A DNA stretch of 64,000 nucleotides. Origin: Phoronis australis. Lineage: Eukaryota > Animalia > Phoronida. This document shows positions 1-13,059 of this stretch, in pieces. Made by a program: the position numbers and the translations under genes. The notes below the pieces were generated by a model. That model ran no database searches. It saw only the letters and a program-made list of their open reading frames with translations, and was not told the origin of the DNA. Position 1 is the first letter of the stretch, and each line of letters begins with the position of its first letter. The DNA lies in the NCBI GenBank assembly GCA_002633005.1, contig NMRA01000245.1:1-64000 (forward strand), read 5' to 3'.

Positions 1-352
1 GAATGACTCCGGATAGCGACAGAAATAGTTGAGAGAACCGAGGTTCAGAACAAATTAATCTTGTTGTTTACGAGTACGAATCAAGTTGTGATTTCCAAAT
101 GTTTGTACATTCTGATTTCTTGTTTAGCTGGCAAGAAGTCCCAAAAAACCTAACTCACCTCGACCGCTTGTGCTTGACATGTTTCTCTTCCGTCAGCTGA
201 TTCGTGTGCATTATGGGTAATCTCTCCACTGGCAACCCCGCATAAATAATGAGGTTTGGCTGAAGGTCCGCCCACTTTTTATAAATTTAAGAAAATTAAT
301 AGTAAAATAACGAGAGTATGTACATGGCTGTAATTTACGAAAAGAGTTAATT

Positions 353-605
353 TTAGTGATATCTTTCGATTGGCAAAGCTCAATTTGTGATCTAAGCAGG
401 CGAAAGTAAAGGAAATAGTGACTTTAAATGAGCACGCGCAACAAAGGGCATTGTACCGACATTTATACGCTATGTAAAATAAGATGCATATATATTATAT
501 ATATATTTATATATATATATATATATATATTAGTGATATCTTTCGATTGGCAAAGCTCAATTTGTGATCTAAGCAGGCGAAAGTAAAGGAAATAGTGACT
601 TTAAA
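353..605 (+). repeat. About 75-bp perfect direct duplication (353-428 and 531-605) separated by a spacer ending in (TA)n
   Basis: TTAGTGATATCTTTCGATTGGC...GTGACTTTAAA occurs twice. Confidence 0.85.
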
Positions 606-1233
606 AGTTATTTTGTGAATGGCGATAAGTCGCGCAAATGTCCACTGATCGGCGTGATATTTTATTTATGGATGCCGGTTGCCGACTATTTGGAGACATG
701 AGGATCGTTGAAGTTGCTTTAAATATAAACTATTTTCAACAAGCGACAGCCGGCTATGTCCATTACATCTATACTGCGGTGGGGAATCATAGGTTAAATG
801 ATTTAGCAGCTGTACAACGGATTTGAGGGACTTTGATTGGCGTTTCTCTATGATATATTACATTGAGACCGTAAAGATCAATATTTTCGATGCAAAGACG
901 GACTTTCATTGCTCATTATTGTCCTGGACGTTACAATACTTTAAGTTTGTCTCCTGACCACTAAAGCGTCGCTGAACTTTTTTCATACCAGTAAAAAATC
1001 TAATCTCTCTCTCTCTCTTACGACATGGATTAGAGGCCTCCTGTGAATGAGAGTGTGTCTTGGATTCAGCAATAAACGTTCTAGCTCCCTCGTTTAAAAA
1101 AAAACCCGTGTGGTCTTTTTTGTTGTTTTCCATGACGCTTTGCTATCTTGAGTTATCGCAAAATAAGCGCTTTTGTGGAATGTACATAGTTAACATTTCC
1201 TTGTTGCTGTAACCGCAAGTCGCCACAATGTGC

Positions 1234-1700
1234 AGGCCCGTAACAGGTCCAGCCCCAGCCTATCCGCTAAAGATTAGGATGTAGATGGACAACAACAAAA
1301 TTATTGCAGCCACCGGTACTAGAAACTACAATGAAAACTAAGTGAGTAATAATTTTGAATTTGCTTCAAGCGTCTCACGTAATCATCGGGCCGTACCTGG
1401 CCAATTTTAAACGAATGGTGTTTCCGTAGATGACAGGATCGTGCAGACGATTAGAGAAGGCTTCATGTTATTTACGGGCATTGAACGCGCGTGGTGGCTT
1501 CAACATAATGTTACAAGACAATCTAGAAGTAAACGTCTACACCTAGCTAGGCTATATAGAAGCGATATAGCTCCCAAAAAGTAGTGCGGTGTGATGCCCA
1601 AAACCGACCAAAAAACAAAACAGCAGAAAATAGGTTCTTTTATCCGTTATTTTGGTATAATTGCTAGCATAGTACGATAAAGTGCAATCATTTTCATTAA
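1234..1700 (+). repeat. Dispersed repeat beginning with a hAT-like terminus CAGGCCCGTA
   Basis: Diverged reverse-complement homolog at about 13975-14410. Confidence 0.65.
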
Positions 1701-2122
1701 AAAGAAACTTCTTAGATTATTCACATCAAATAAACTTATCTTACAATATTAACAAGAAAATATTGTGGGACAATGATGTTCTCGTAATTAGCAGGCATTT
1801 CAGAATTTCAAATTATTTATTTTATACAGAGGTGTTTGAGCTAAAATATCTCAAAAACTGAGCCAATGACGCTCTAGAAAACACGAATGGCTTAAAAATA
1901 AAACTTTACTAAACATTTTAACAGATAAGTGTTAATTTTTTAAATAGATGCCAAAACTCTAAAATCTGAGGAACTCAAAATCCGTAGAAACGCCTACGTA
2001 AAACAATTGTCGTCAAAACATAAAACTGACATCGTACAACGATATTAACCCATTTTCAAAAAGATTTCAACTGTTAATTTCATTAGAAGTTGCATTTCAG
2101 TAACTCGTGTGAATTTCCCATC

Positions 2123-2200
2123 AGAGGTGTCTCTGTGAGGTGGCTCTGTGAAGTGCCTCCGTGAGATGCCTCTGTGAGATGCCTCTGTGAGATGGCTCTG
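2123..2200 (+). repeat. 13-bp minisatellite (AGATGCCTCTGTG) x6
   Basis: Read directly. Confidence 0.8.
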
Positions 2201-2635
2201 ACGGGAAAGCTAATTAGGTAAACCTCAGTTTGCTTGACAAATTTGTACCTGGCAATGACCAAAATCAATTTTTTTCAAAAATTCAATGATAAACCAAATT
2301 GTGTCAAGTCCGGGGCAACATATTGACTACTGTTGACTCTAGAAATTGCTTCTTAAAAGGACATTATCGTTTTTGCGGACGAAGACAAATTTTTGGGGCT
2401 ATTGTTAGGTGAGACAGACCTATTGAAGTAGTTAACTTTGACCAGGGCCATAAAACAATGAACTTCGCTGTGTTTTTGTTTTCGTGACAAATCGCCAATT
2501 ATCGCTGTTGTCTGCCAGACATTCACTGGAATCAAGGCCGCCAATTTTACCAGTTAAATACGCTTAAATTAGTTTGCCTTTACCGGTGTGAGATTCAACT
2601 CGGTCGGCAGAGTGTTTGATTGCGACGACAAAAGT

Positions 2636-2690
2636 TCGCTGGTTCCCAGCGTGTCCGCTACCCCCTAGCGGACACGCAGCGAACCAGCGA
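2636..2690. repeat. GC-rich 25-bp stem hairpin with a CCCCC loop
   Basis: TCGCTGGTTCCCAGCGTGTCCGCTA / TAGCGGACACGCAGCGAACCAGCGA, 2 mismatches. Confidence 0.85.
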
Positions 2691-4904
2691 GCCGCAAAGT
2701 TGCTCTGTTTGAATCTCCAAAGAGAAAAGCAGAAAATCACTTTCTTGCCTTTCGATACTGTAATAAAAAGAGAAATGAAGACCAAGTCAAATACACTGCA
2801 GTCAATACATTTGTCAATATCAAAGCCTGAAATTATACATTGGTTGATTGCTGCTTGTTATGCATTTGGTATTATACCATTATAGTCATTATTTTATACA
2901 TTTGGTCTTATGCCATTATAGTCATTATGCATTTGGAATTTTACTTTTAGAGCATTAACATTACTAATGTCATACTTAACTTTTTAACAAATGCTGGTCA
3001 CTTCTTAGTCGCATTTCTTCCAATTATCATTGAGTACATGCGCTATACGGTTTTTACAGTATATACAAGTCAACAAAGTTGTCAACTGGGGATATTTCCT
3101 AGCACCAAACAACTTTAACAGTGTAGCTTCAATCAATATCGACTGGTTAAACCACGACTACTTCTCATGTATGCTAGCTACTTTAACGTTTTATTGTCGA
3201 TCTTCTAATATGAATATCAATACACTTTGAGCTAAGAAAGCAGACGTAAACATAAACCGGAAATGAACAATGTACTCCTGTAGATCTATCATGGTACATG
3301 ACTGTTGACACAGGCGGATTCAAATTATTGTGAGGGTATGCTTAAAATACACCAGTGTGACCCCTGGGGATAACAAGTGGTTCTCGAGCGGTCAAGTGCC
3401 ACCTAGAGTCGCCTGAATTAGAGTGTGATTGAGTGGAAACAACAGTTGAACAGCTTCTATACTTGGAGTGTTTCTTTAGTAGACTCTTTGATTCATGCGT
3501 ATTTAAGAGTTGTATAATACATTATAGACATTACGCGCGGTCCTAATGTGTTTTTCTAATGCTTACGCGAAATTTGTACCAGCATCTATGGTGTACCATT
3601 ATTTATTGATGTAACACTCAGTCATTAGGCTGATCAAAACAGGTTGAATTTAAGTAATGAGTCGTACGTTGGCAGTCCAAATACTGTATAAAAGCATCGT
3701 GAACTCTCAGACCTTAGGACAGACACTAGGGGTCCCGGCAATTCAGTTGCAACCTAAGTTTACATCAAGGTCGTGGCACTCAGTAATTTTTTTTTAGTCG
3801 CAATCAAATCCATCCTCACCCCCCCAACTTTATTAAAATTAACGTTTGCTGGATTGACTACAAATGGCATTTGTTTAATTTTTAATCAATTTATGAAAAA
3901 ATACAGTTTGTTGACCCTTTGACTTATTTTTGTAACCGTGGCAGTTCAAACTCTGTCACTTCCTGTGCACCTCTGACTTTTCAAATTTGCAAAAAAGGAG
4001 TTGTCTAAACTCAATGTCTGGAATGTTTGGACATTCTGAGTTCATTGTCTGCTGGTGTTCAGAAGTTGCAAACGCCGGAGTCGTGGTTTCGACAATTTCG
4101 CGTATTTTGCTCGTTTTGGGACGATCAGCTTAGTTTAAAGTGTCAACCGTCCGTACCTGCACTTTTTCATATTTCCTGGTTTTGTTACCCATGGAGACAA
4201 AAATGAGGAAAACTGTTGAGTGCCACCTTATATACAACAATTATAAAGGGACAATCGGATCATCTTGGCTGGTACAAAACAAAAATGACAGGATTCTTTC
4301 TAATAAAAGATGGGTTCAGGGTAGCTGTAGGTGATGCTTATTCCACGCATAGTGCTCATTTCATACTATCTTTACTTTGCTATTTTGTGTCAACAAGCTA
4401 TAAGTAACCATCTCATTGTCTGAAGTTATTGCAGTTACTTTATTGCTGGGGTCAGTAGGTGATTCACACATTACAACTGTTCCATTTCTTTGCTCTAACC
4501 ACATTTTAACATATTGTATAGCTGCTTGCTGTTTTTTTCTAATGAACACTTTTGAATGTTAACGTTATCTATACTAACACAACTTGCTAACATACACACG
4601 GCAAGCAAGCGCGACGTAATCTGAACATCGTGGCAGAGTCCATTTAACTGAACTAAGCTCTGAGACGTACTGTAACATTTCCTTGCAGGAAGTCTGTCTC
4701 CGATTTTATAAAAGTTATGACGTAAGTACAAATATTGACTTAAGGGGGTTTGACAAAGTTTGCCAAAAATGCAGTGGTTGTTTTACAACACAGAAGAGTT
4801 CATAAAGCATTTCACTGTCATTTTTATTTAAAAAAATCAGATTTTTATGTTTGAAAAACGATGATTTACCGTTCAGTTTCTGTTACTATGGTGTTGAACA
4901 AAAG

Positions 4905-5500
4905 CATCAATCTATCTATTTCTATTTATCTATCCATCTATTCATTCATCCATCCATTATTCATTCATTCACTTATCCATCTATTTTTCTGTATCTATCT
5001 ATCTATCCATCCGTCCATCCGTCCGTTCGTTCGTCCATTTCTTCATTCATCCATTTACTGATATCCATCCGCGTTGCATTTAGACATACTTCCACCATCC
5101 ACCACGACATTGATGTTGACTACGTACTTGTATCATAGAGTCCATGATACAAGTCCGACTCATCCTTTATTTTAAAACCTTCCTCTCAGTCTTCGAATAA
5201 TATTGGTACTTCCACCAAGTTACGGCTTTAGGTCGGATTCCCGCTAATTTTCTGTTTCCTGTCCCTTTTACGTTTTCTTACTGCCATTCTAGTGTTTATA
5301 AGTTCTGCACTATTCATTTTCAGGTGTGCGATGATGTTCTGAGCAACGTAACGCAACGTTTGGACTTTGAGTATAATATATTCCATCCATCTATTATCAA
5401 TCTATTTATATAGCGATATATTCATCTATCTATATGTCCATTCACCCATTCATTCAGTCTGTTGTGTGTTTGTCTATTTGTCTATTCATCCATCTACCCA
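4905..5500 (+). repeat. Two degenerate (TCYA)n tetranucleotide tracts (about 4905-5100 and 5380-5500)
   Basis: Read directly. Confidence 0.75.
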
Positions 5501-5790
5501 GCAATCTAGTTGCCCCGTTGACTACTTGTTTATCTCTTCTTAAGTACGTCTTTCTACCCATTTTTCTACGCTGTTGATGTCAACAGGCAGACTCTAGGCC
5601 ATTAGGATTTAGCCTTTGACATAAAAACAATTTAAGTAATGAAATGATTTCAATGCATCGACGAAGTTTTGTAATGCGCCTGAGGAGGAACAAATAAACG
5701 GAACTCGTTCAGATAACTTGTTTTGTTTGCTAAATTGACGGAGTATGTATTTGGCTTCAGCAATCGTGCGCAGTTCCGTTTTAAAAGTAA

Positions 5791-6203
5791 AGCACCGTCC
5801 ACAAATCCCGTTTTAATTTGAGAACGCAACTTTTCCACACGGATACAGATTCCGTCCACACGTATCAACTAAATTCGAAAAACCAAAAATGTAGACTTTG
5901 AAAACGCTCTCGTGAGTGGAATTCTTTTTGAAATTATACTTTTTCTTCACGAATATTGCTTCTGTTCACTAGTGTTTACAACCAAAAACGTTTTGAAAAC
6001 GCTGAAGTCATGATTGCGTAAGTGTATTCGTGTGTACGCACCCTTGAAAAGAGAGAGTAAACGTTGTTTTTGTTAGCATAAGCGTTATAGTGTGGATGGA
6101 GAAATTTACGAGAACGATACATGAGGGCGAAGAATTTATTTTTTCCAAACGCCAACAAAAATGTTGCGTTTTCAAATGAAAACGCAGACGTGCGGACAGC
6201 GCC
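5791..6203. mobile_element. PIF/Harbinger-like MITE, TAA TSD
   Basis: TAA|AGCACCGTCCACA ... TGCGGACAGCGCC|TAA with repeated internal CCGTCCACAC / GTGTGGA motifs. Confidence 0.65.
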
Positions 6204-8169
6204 TAACTTATGAACTAGTTCACTGAAGTCTCGAAATATAACCTTCTTGTTGCGTCAAGATACGCAATGTTGTGTTCTGATATGCGAGACATGACATGCT
6301 CAATCACAAATGTTGCTTTAAAGATATACTCACATTCCAGTCGTGTTGGCAATTCAAACAACAACTTCGTTGGGGACTGAACTGATCAGTAAAATCTACC
6401 ATTTGACTTTCCTTCCTCATACGGTTACTTCAAGTGACCGTGTCGTACACACAGAGGTGTGAAATAGAAAATTTACCTTGTTTTATCCTCATTTTGTTTT
6501 CCTGGTATGTTCGGGGAATGCAGCATAACTCTTGCACGATTACTTTTTCTTAAACAATCCTCTCGTCATGACCTTGGCGTACCACATCTGACAACAGTTG
6601 ACGCCTCTCTGAACACGTATATCCACGAAGGTGATGATTAGCCCCAGAAAAGTCGATCAACAAGTAGAAACGAAAAAACACTTTACCTGCCTTGAAGTTT
6701 AGCTTGGTGGCGCATTACGTCATTTGAACCAGTAGGTTGGGATCATGACATCAGGACAATCTCAATCAGACTGAAACTCGCTCAACACTGCATGACAAAA
6801 GCGAATCAGTAGCGTATGATCGGAGTCACTATCCGAATGAATAATAAAACGAAGACCGCTCAGTCTGTTCTCGAGGCGTAGCAAACCGTGAAAAGACACA
6901 AGCCCTCCTGTTTTATTTATCATTTACTCACTTTTATAAATGGATAATTTATGCCAAGAATGTGCGCAGCTACCGTAAAGCGTAAAAATAGATTTATGCG
7001 TGTCCCACATATCACACTGCGTTGAGGAAACACGCTTGCCTCACACTTTCGACTGAACTCAAGTTGAAAAGATTGCTGGGGACATTTTTGTCAATTTTCC
7101 ATATCGAAAACTATGGTTTTAAAACCTCAAAACGCATTTTTTCGTCCCAGTTATGTCGCACAAGCCTTGTTTACATCGAGGTTTCAGTCGCCATCGGCAT
7201 TCGGCAGAACGCACAGACCCTATGTGCTGTGTCACTGGCGTTGATTTTAATTCTGCTCAAACGCATAGCGTTTCTTTGCTTCTTTTAAGACGCAAAGAAA
7301 CCTTATAGTTAAAAATCTGCCCCTGTTGTTATTTTTATACTGAACAATCACAATTTCTTTTCGTTTCATACATGCACAATATGGAGCTTATGGTTGTAAT
7401 ACATACACCGGAGCAGAAGCAGGCATTAAGAAAGGTGGAGTGGGGTTCAGTGTTGTTGTTTACTAACCATGTTACAACATCATTAGGTGAGTCACCCGTG
7501 GTGATGACCGGGGGATTCTTTCAACGACCTAAGAATTCTGGCGACACAATTGGCATCCCACGGGCCGAAATTATCACGCTGATTCAGCCACTCAGCACCT
7601 TATTCGTTCCCGAACATAAGCCCATACTTGTTTCAGCAATTCAATGTAAAGTTACAAAAGCAATTAACCGCCTAATTCAATGCTTGTTTTGATTATGTAA
7701 CTGGTTGTAATGCGGGGTGCATACTGGTGCAGTCTTTTGTAAAGTCTGTCTGGCAGTGTTTCGTTTTGTATCACCCTGAACTGCGTGAACCACAACTCCC
7801 ATCTGCCAAAAGCTCGGGTGGAACTCTGTCAGTGGTTTTAACTGTTACGTCATTGTTCCCGTCCACACCCGGACGCAAAAGGTACCCGCCGGACCAACCG
7901 CTTTACCTCTAAAAGGTGGCGCTACTGAAACTAACCTGTGATCATAAACCACAAACAAGAGAGTCATGATGATAAATGTGTGAGACTTTTCAGAGAACAG
8001 CAAAGCGTTTTTGTGACTGAGTAGAAAATAATTCGCCACCAGTTCCAAATTTAACTTAAATTTTCACATTTTCTTCGGTGCAGATCTGTAAAGACCTCCA
8101 GTTGCCCATGACAGTAAGATTTTGTTAACAAATTTACTAGTAAACTTCGATTTGTTTTTATATGGAAAT

Positions 8170-9236
8170 AATAAGTTACATTACAAGTGACTCAGTGAAA
8201 CTACTAGGAATACATATTGACGACGTCACTTTTCAAGAGCACACACCAGCCCTGTGTAAGAAATTATTCAAACAAATGCGAGCTTTATTTCGTTTACTCG
8301 CCGTAAGACTGAAATGTTTAATAATTTCATTAAGTCATATTTCAACTATTGCTAACTTACCTGGCACTTAGCAGAAGAAAAACCGGGTAAAGTTCAATGC
8401 AGGTCAGTGCGCCTTTACTCGGTATCTTCATAAAATCTATTAACCAGAGCACACTGTTTGCCACAATTCTCAATACGGCAATGAAATGTTGGTTTGGGAA
8501 TTGGCTCAAGTGTACAGATTCCGAAAGGAAAACTATAAAAATTCTCCAGAAAAATACAAAAATGTGTGATTACAATGTCTTTAAAGTATCAAATGTCAAA
8601 CTTAGGAACATCCTTCTTCATCATCTATCCTCAATATCGAGAAATTTGAAAAACTCGTGGATATTTTTCGAAAGACTGTGTCATTGTAACTATACAAATT
8701 GTGACTTCAATAAAGTTGTGCTTTTGCAGTGCCTTCAAAACTTTGTCTCGATACAGTTGTATCTGCGTAAGCAGGGGGGTTCCAGGATTTTGAGTTAGGG
8801 GGGCCAGGGCACAGGAATAACCAGAATTTCGCCACATGCGCAAGCACAGCCTAAAATTTAGGGATGCTGGGGTCTCGAATTTTTGGGTTTGTGGACCTTA
8901 AAAAACGGTAAACGGGGTTTACTCAAGGCCTATGCATTGTGCATTCGCCTCCGGAGCCCCCCTGGGTGCGAGCATATGCTAGTCAGCAATTCGCACCCCG
9001 AACTGTCAAATGGTATCTGGGAGAATTTTAGGGGGGTCATGGCCTCCTTGCCCCCTCCCCTAAATCCGTCACTGGTAAGCTCTTAATTTTTTGTGTTTTA
9101 TGCCATCGCTTTCATTGAACACATTCCCGTTATTTTAATCGCGAACTGGCATCTCTGATAATGTCCATCGTTTGTATCCCGCATCCGATATAAATCAAAC
9201 TTTATTCTATTCTATTCTATTCTATTCTATTCTATT
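8170..9236 (+). mobile_element. Decayed CR1/L2-group LINE 3' end with (ATTCT)n tail, interrupted by a MITE
   Basis: SVKLLGIHIDD.TF.EH...LCKK...ALFRL and SHFNYC motifs; tail repeat at 9203-9236. Confidence 0.6.
8772..9074. mobile_element. hAT-like MITE, CAG(G/T)GGCGGAT family, TSD GTAAG
   Basis: Termini CAGGGGGGTTCCAGG and TAAATCCGTCACTG, flanked by GTAAG/GTAAG; homologous to the copies at 48664 and 55552. Confidence 0.8.
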
Positions 9237-10807
9237 CAGACGGTAGTGCGGAAATTAGTTCTTTTTACCACACAAGCAAAAATGATGTCAAGACTAGTAA
9301 AAGCAGGCAGAGCTTTTAACAATTGTTTGAAGCACATATCATGACAATCAATCGCTTCTGTAGGTTAAATGCCATAGCACCGGGATTAAGAGCCTATGAG
9401 AACCTGACAAACTACCGGCGACTCAAGAAAAATACGGCACGTAAACAATTTAGCTATGAATGATGACTTTTGCAACTGCCGTGTCCCGGCACAACGGTTA
9501 AACCTTTCGCTAAACCACCCTCTTAAAGGGTTACAACCGCGCTATAATTACAACTGTTAAAACCGGTGTTAAAGTGTTCAGACAGACAGTCATGACATTT
9601 AAATCGGTTTTAAAGGTACGACCGTTTTGGTGTCACAGAATAATTTCACTCCGAGTCACGTGACAAGTCACAATGTCAATAATGATTCGAAGCTGACCTC
9701 TGTTGGAATATTATTCTGAGTCACTAAATATATTCACAAATTCTTCGAAAAGGAACTGATACGAGCTTATATCAAAACATCTGAGGAGTACCACGCTGTT
9801 CGCCGCATGAGTTCCCCAAACATGCAGAAGCGTACATAGTTAAGTTCATTTTAAAATTATATCAACAAGCGATAAACAAATTAAAATTCATCTTTTCAGT
9901 CTAAGTCATCTCGTTGAAATTTATTTGACTGCTATTACCTTACAATATGATACATGACGAAATGAGTTTCCCAAGCGCCACAGGTTTTCCAGGGTCGTTT
10001 TATTTGTAACACTAAAACACTGCGCTTATTGACATTGCCGTCAATAACCTATAAACAGACGTTTTAATAGACACATGCACCTTTCATAAAACCTGTCGGA
10101 ACAAGTGATTGATAGATCTTCTGAAATATAATGCTAATGTATTAATATATGTTAATATATTAGTATATCATGTTGTCAGTAACGTTCTTTTTTCCACTCA
10201 TCTGATGACTGAGAAAATGTGTAAGACAGCAAGGTTGACGCGGAGAGTAAAGTTGCAATAATAAAACAAAAAACCTGTCGATATGTGCACATTATTTTCA
10301 CTGCAGAAAGGTTCAGTGAATACTCTCAAAGGCTCATTTGACATCACATGTCCTAAAATGTAAAGGATATAGACCCGTACCCAGCAGTGCGTGGGGGTGG
10401 TTCGAATTTCTAGAACGGTGGACTTAGCAAACGACGACACTCTAGAGTTTTCGGTAAGGCCCTTGACGCAGCTTAATTAGGGGAAGAAAAATCTGTATAC
10501 AGCGATGATTCTCAGCTCTATGTTCCTGACATGAGACGGAATTCGGAATACCAGAAATGAGGATGATGTCGTGACGGTTGGTCGCAAAGAACTGAACTCA
10601 AATTCGGATGTAATGTGGTCCAGAAAAAGAACGTTCTCGCGTTAGCTCATGCCAAACTTTCAAATCAGGCGTGCTTAAATCAGTGATTACGCCTTATTAC
10701 ATACTCGGACGGAAATATTTAGTTTGAGAATGATTTGACGAAATTTTTTATCTGGTTGTAGTTTTTACGTGTTACTAAGTTGCTTACATCGCTGGAAATG
10801 GGAACAA

Positions 10808-10871
10808 TTCACTATTACGAAGGCTCACTAATCCAAAGGTTCACTATTCCAAAAATTCACTACTTTGAAGG
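10808..10871 (+). repeat. 4 x 16-bp tandem repeat (TTCACTATTCCGAAGG)
   Basis: Read directly; inverted counterpart at 13508-13595. Confidence 0.75.
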
Positions 10872-11111
10872 GTTAAAACTTCAAGAATATCTAAACTTTC
10901 GGACTAAGATGTAATTTTTATACTTTTACATGCCAAAATAAACGATGCTTCGGTTATTAGAAGCACTGAGTGGTGTGCCTATAGCGAAAACAACGCCAGC
11001 ACTTTGCTTGGATTTTGTGACTTTCTAAAACCGCTCTGAGGTGGTGGCGTGTTACAACTATTGTTAAATCTTTTGGTCTATTTACATCGACCTCTTGTCT
11101 AGTTACATTGT

Positions 11112-11153
11112 CACAACGTTTCAGTCGGTCTATTCTCTGACCATCGTCCGGTG
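11112..11153 (-). ncRNA. Second, mutated hammerhead copy in the inverted arm
   Basis: Reverse complement reads CAC CGGACGA T GGTCAG agaataga CCGACT GAAA CG TT GTG; core T>G and cleavage-site C>T changes. Confidence 0.7.
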
Positions 11154-11423
11154 TTCCTGCCTTCTTAGAAGAACGCAGCACGGATATTTTGTATACTCAT
11201 CATGGTGTGATTTTTTATTATATATTATCCGAGGAAGGATTTGAAGCCACGATTTCTGAAACTACTACAGATATTTTGAGTCCAGCACCTTAACAACTAC
11301 ACTACGAGTCATCTATTTACTTAGAGGGAATTCAACTGTACTTAAACCTTTCTAAGTAGACTGAGCTAGGTGCCACTTGGCTGTTTGCTCGGCTAGCTGA
11401 AGACATTGCCTTGTACTTTTATG

Positions 11424-12144
11424 CATAGGCGGATTTAGGGGGGGGCCCAGGGGGCCCGGCCCCCCCCCCCCCTTGGCTGCCGCAAAAAAAATAAAACAGT
11501 AAGAGCGTAGGGAAATGGTGAGTTTATTAATTAACCCCGGTAATTAAAATTATACGGATGAAAAAAAATTTAAATGTGTGCAGTTTTAGTGTTGGGGGGG
11601 GGGNNNNNNNNNNNNNNNNNNNNNNNNNNNNNNNNNNNNNNNNNNNNNNNNNNNNNNNNNNNNNNNNNNNNNNNNNNNNNNNNNNNNNNNNNNNNNNNNN
11701 NNNNNNNNNNNNNNNNNNNNNNNNNNNNNNNNNNNNNNNNNNNNNNNNNNNNNNNNNNNNNNNNNNNNNNNNNNNNNNNNNNNNNNNNNNNNNNNNNNNN
11801 NNNNNNNNNNNNNNNNNNNNNNNNNNNNNNNNNNNNNNNNNNNNNNNNNNNNNNNNNNNNNNNNNNNNNNNNNNNNNNNNNNNNNNNNNNNNNNNNNNNN
11901 NNNNNNNNNNNNNNNNNNNNNNNNNNNNNNNNNNNNNNNNNNNNNNNNNNNNNNNNNNNNNNNNNNNNNNNNNNNNNNNNNNNNNNNNNNNNNNNNNNNN
12001 NNNNNNNNNNNNNNNNNNNNNNNNNNNNNACCTCCCCCCATTCGGTGCTATGCGCATCTACAATCGTGGTTCAGTTTGCGCAAATGCTTCCAGCCGGACA
12101 AAATGTTGGGCCCCCCCCCTTGTGATATCCTAGATCCGCCACTG
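11424..12144. mobile_element. hAT-like MITE with 5-bp TSD (TTATG), spanning an N gap
   Basis: Termini CATAGGCGGATTTAG and CTAGATCCGCCACTG; TTATG on both sides. Confidence 0.75.
11604..12029. other. Assembly gap
   Basis: Run of N. Confidence 0.99.
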
Positions 12145-12863
12145 TTATGTACATGGCTTCCTTGATCTTCGACTTCAACTCCAACCACACCAAAGGAGTC
12201 AAGAAGGGTATAATCAAATGCCTTGCATCAAGATCAAAAGAAATCTGAAGTGCTACAGCACTCCAAGCAGAAATGACCAACCTCACGTAGACATTCGAAA
12301 GAAATGGCTACCCAAAGGATTTCATCAAGTCGTCTTTAACATAGCAGAGAAAAGAGAAAGTGGCAGAAGAACGCCCACTGCAGACTATGTGCTTGCCATA
12401 TATACATGGAACAACCGAGAAGCTAGGAAGAACATGTAAAGAATTTATAATAAGAACAGTATACCCTGGCTCAGACACACTGGGTCGGCGACTGACAAAA
12501 GTCAAACCAAGAACTGACATGGGAAAAAAGAAAAATGTCATCTATGAAATCCCATGTGAATGTGGTGAATCATATGTCGGCGAAACATTAAGACCACTGG
12601 AGATGAGAATTGCTGAACATAAAAGGTGTTGTAGAGAGGGTAATACCTCATAAGGAGTAGCAGAACACATGTGGACGAAAAACACAATATCCAGTGGAAT
12701 AACATCCGAATACTAGACAGTGAAACAGGTTGGACCAAGAGAAAGATCAAGGAAGCCATGTACATGAAAGTTCAATTCAATGTTTTCAGTCAGCCATTTG
12801 ACACCTGGCTCAGTCTACTTAGGAAGGTTTAAGTATAGTTAATTCCCTCTGAGTAACTGGATA

Positions 12864-12940
12864 ACTCCGTGGTGTAGTATTTAAGGTGCTGGACTCAAAA
12901 TATCTGTAGTAGTTTCAGTCGTGGGTTCAAATCCTTCCTC
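12864..12940 (+). promoter_or_regulatory. tRNA(Leu)-like Pol III box A / box B module inside the Penelope pLTR (mirror copy at about 11232-11310, minus strand)
   Basis: GTGGTGTAGTATTTAAGGTGCTGGACTCAAAAT...CGTGGGTTCAAATCC resembles the D arm, CAA anticodon loop and T arm of tRNA-Leu; no intact acceptor stem, so not a functional tRNA. Confidence 0.65.
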
Positions 12941-13017
12941 GAACAATATATAATCAAAAAATCACACCATGACGAGTGTACCAAATATCCGTGCTCGTTC
13001 CTCTAAGAACGCAGGAA

Positions 13018-13059
13018 CACCTGACGATGGCCGGAGAATAGACCGACCGAAACATCGTG
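13018..13059 (+). ncRNA. Minimal type I hammerhead ribozyme in the Penelope pLTR
   Basis: CAC CTGACGA T GGCCGG agaataga CCGACC GAAA CA TC GTG: core boxes CUGANGA and GAAA, stem II, and stem I CAC/GTG are all present. Confidence 0.8.

Larger units (their letters stand above)
11054..12168 (-). mobile_element. Inverted copy of the Penelope pLTR, interrupted by a MITE
   Basis: 11054-11423 plus 12145-12168 is the diverged reverse complement of about 12742-13114; the alignment is continuous once the 11424-12144 insertion and one TTATG copy are removed. Confidence 0.9.

Noticed and set aside
11527-12133. Long ORFs of 151-191 aa in the ORF track
   Set aside because: Artefacts of the N gap.
12864-12940. 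Functional tRNA-Leu gene
   Set aside because: Acceptor and anticodon stems do not pair and it lies inside a retroelement repeat.
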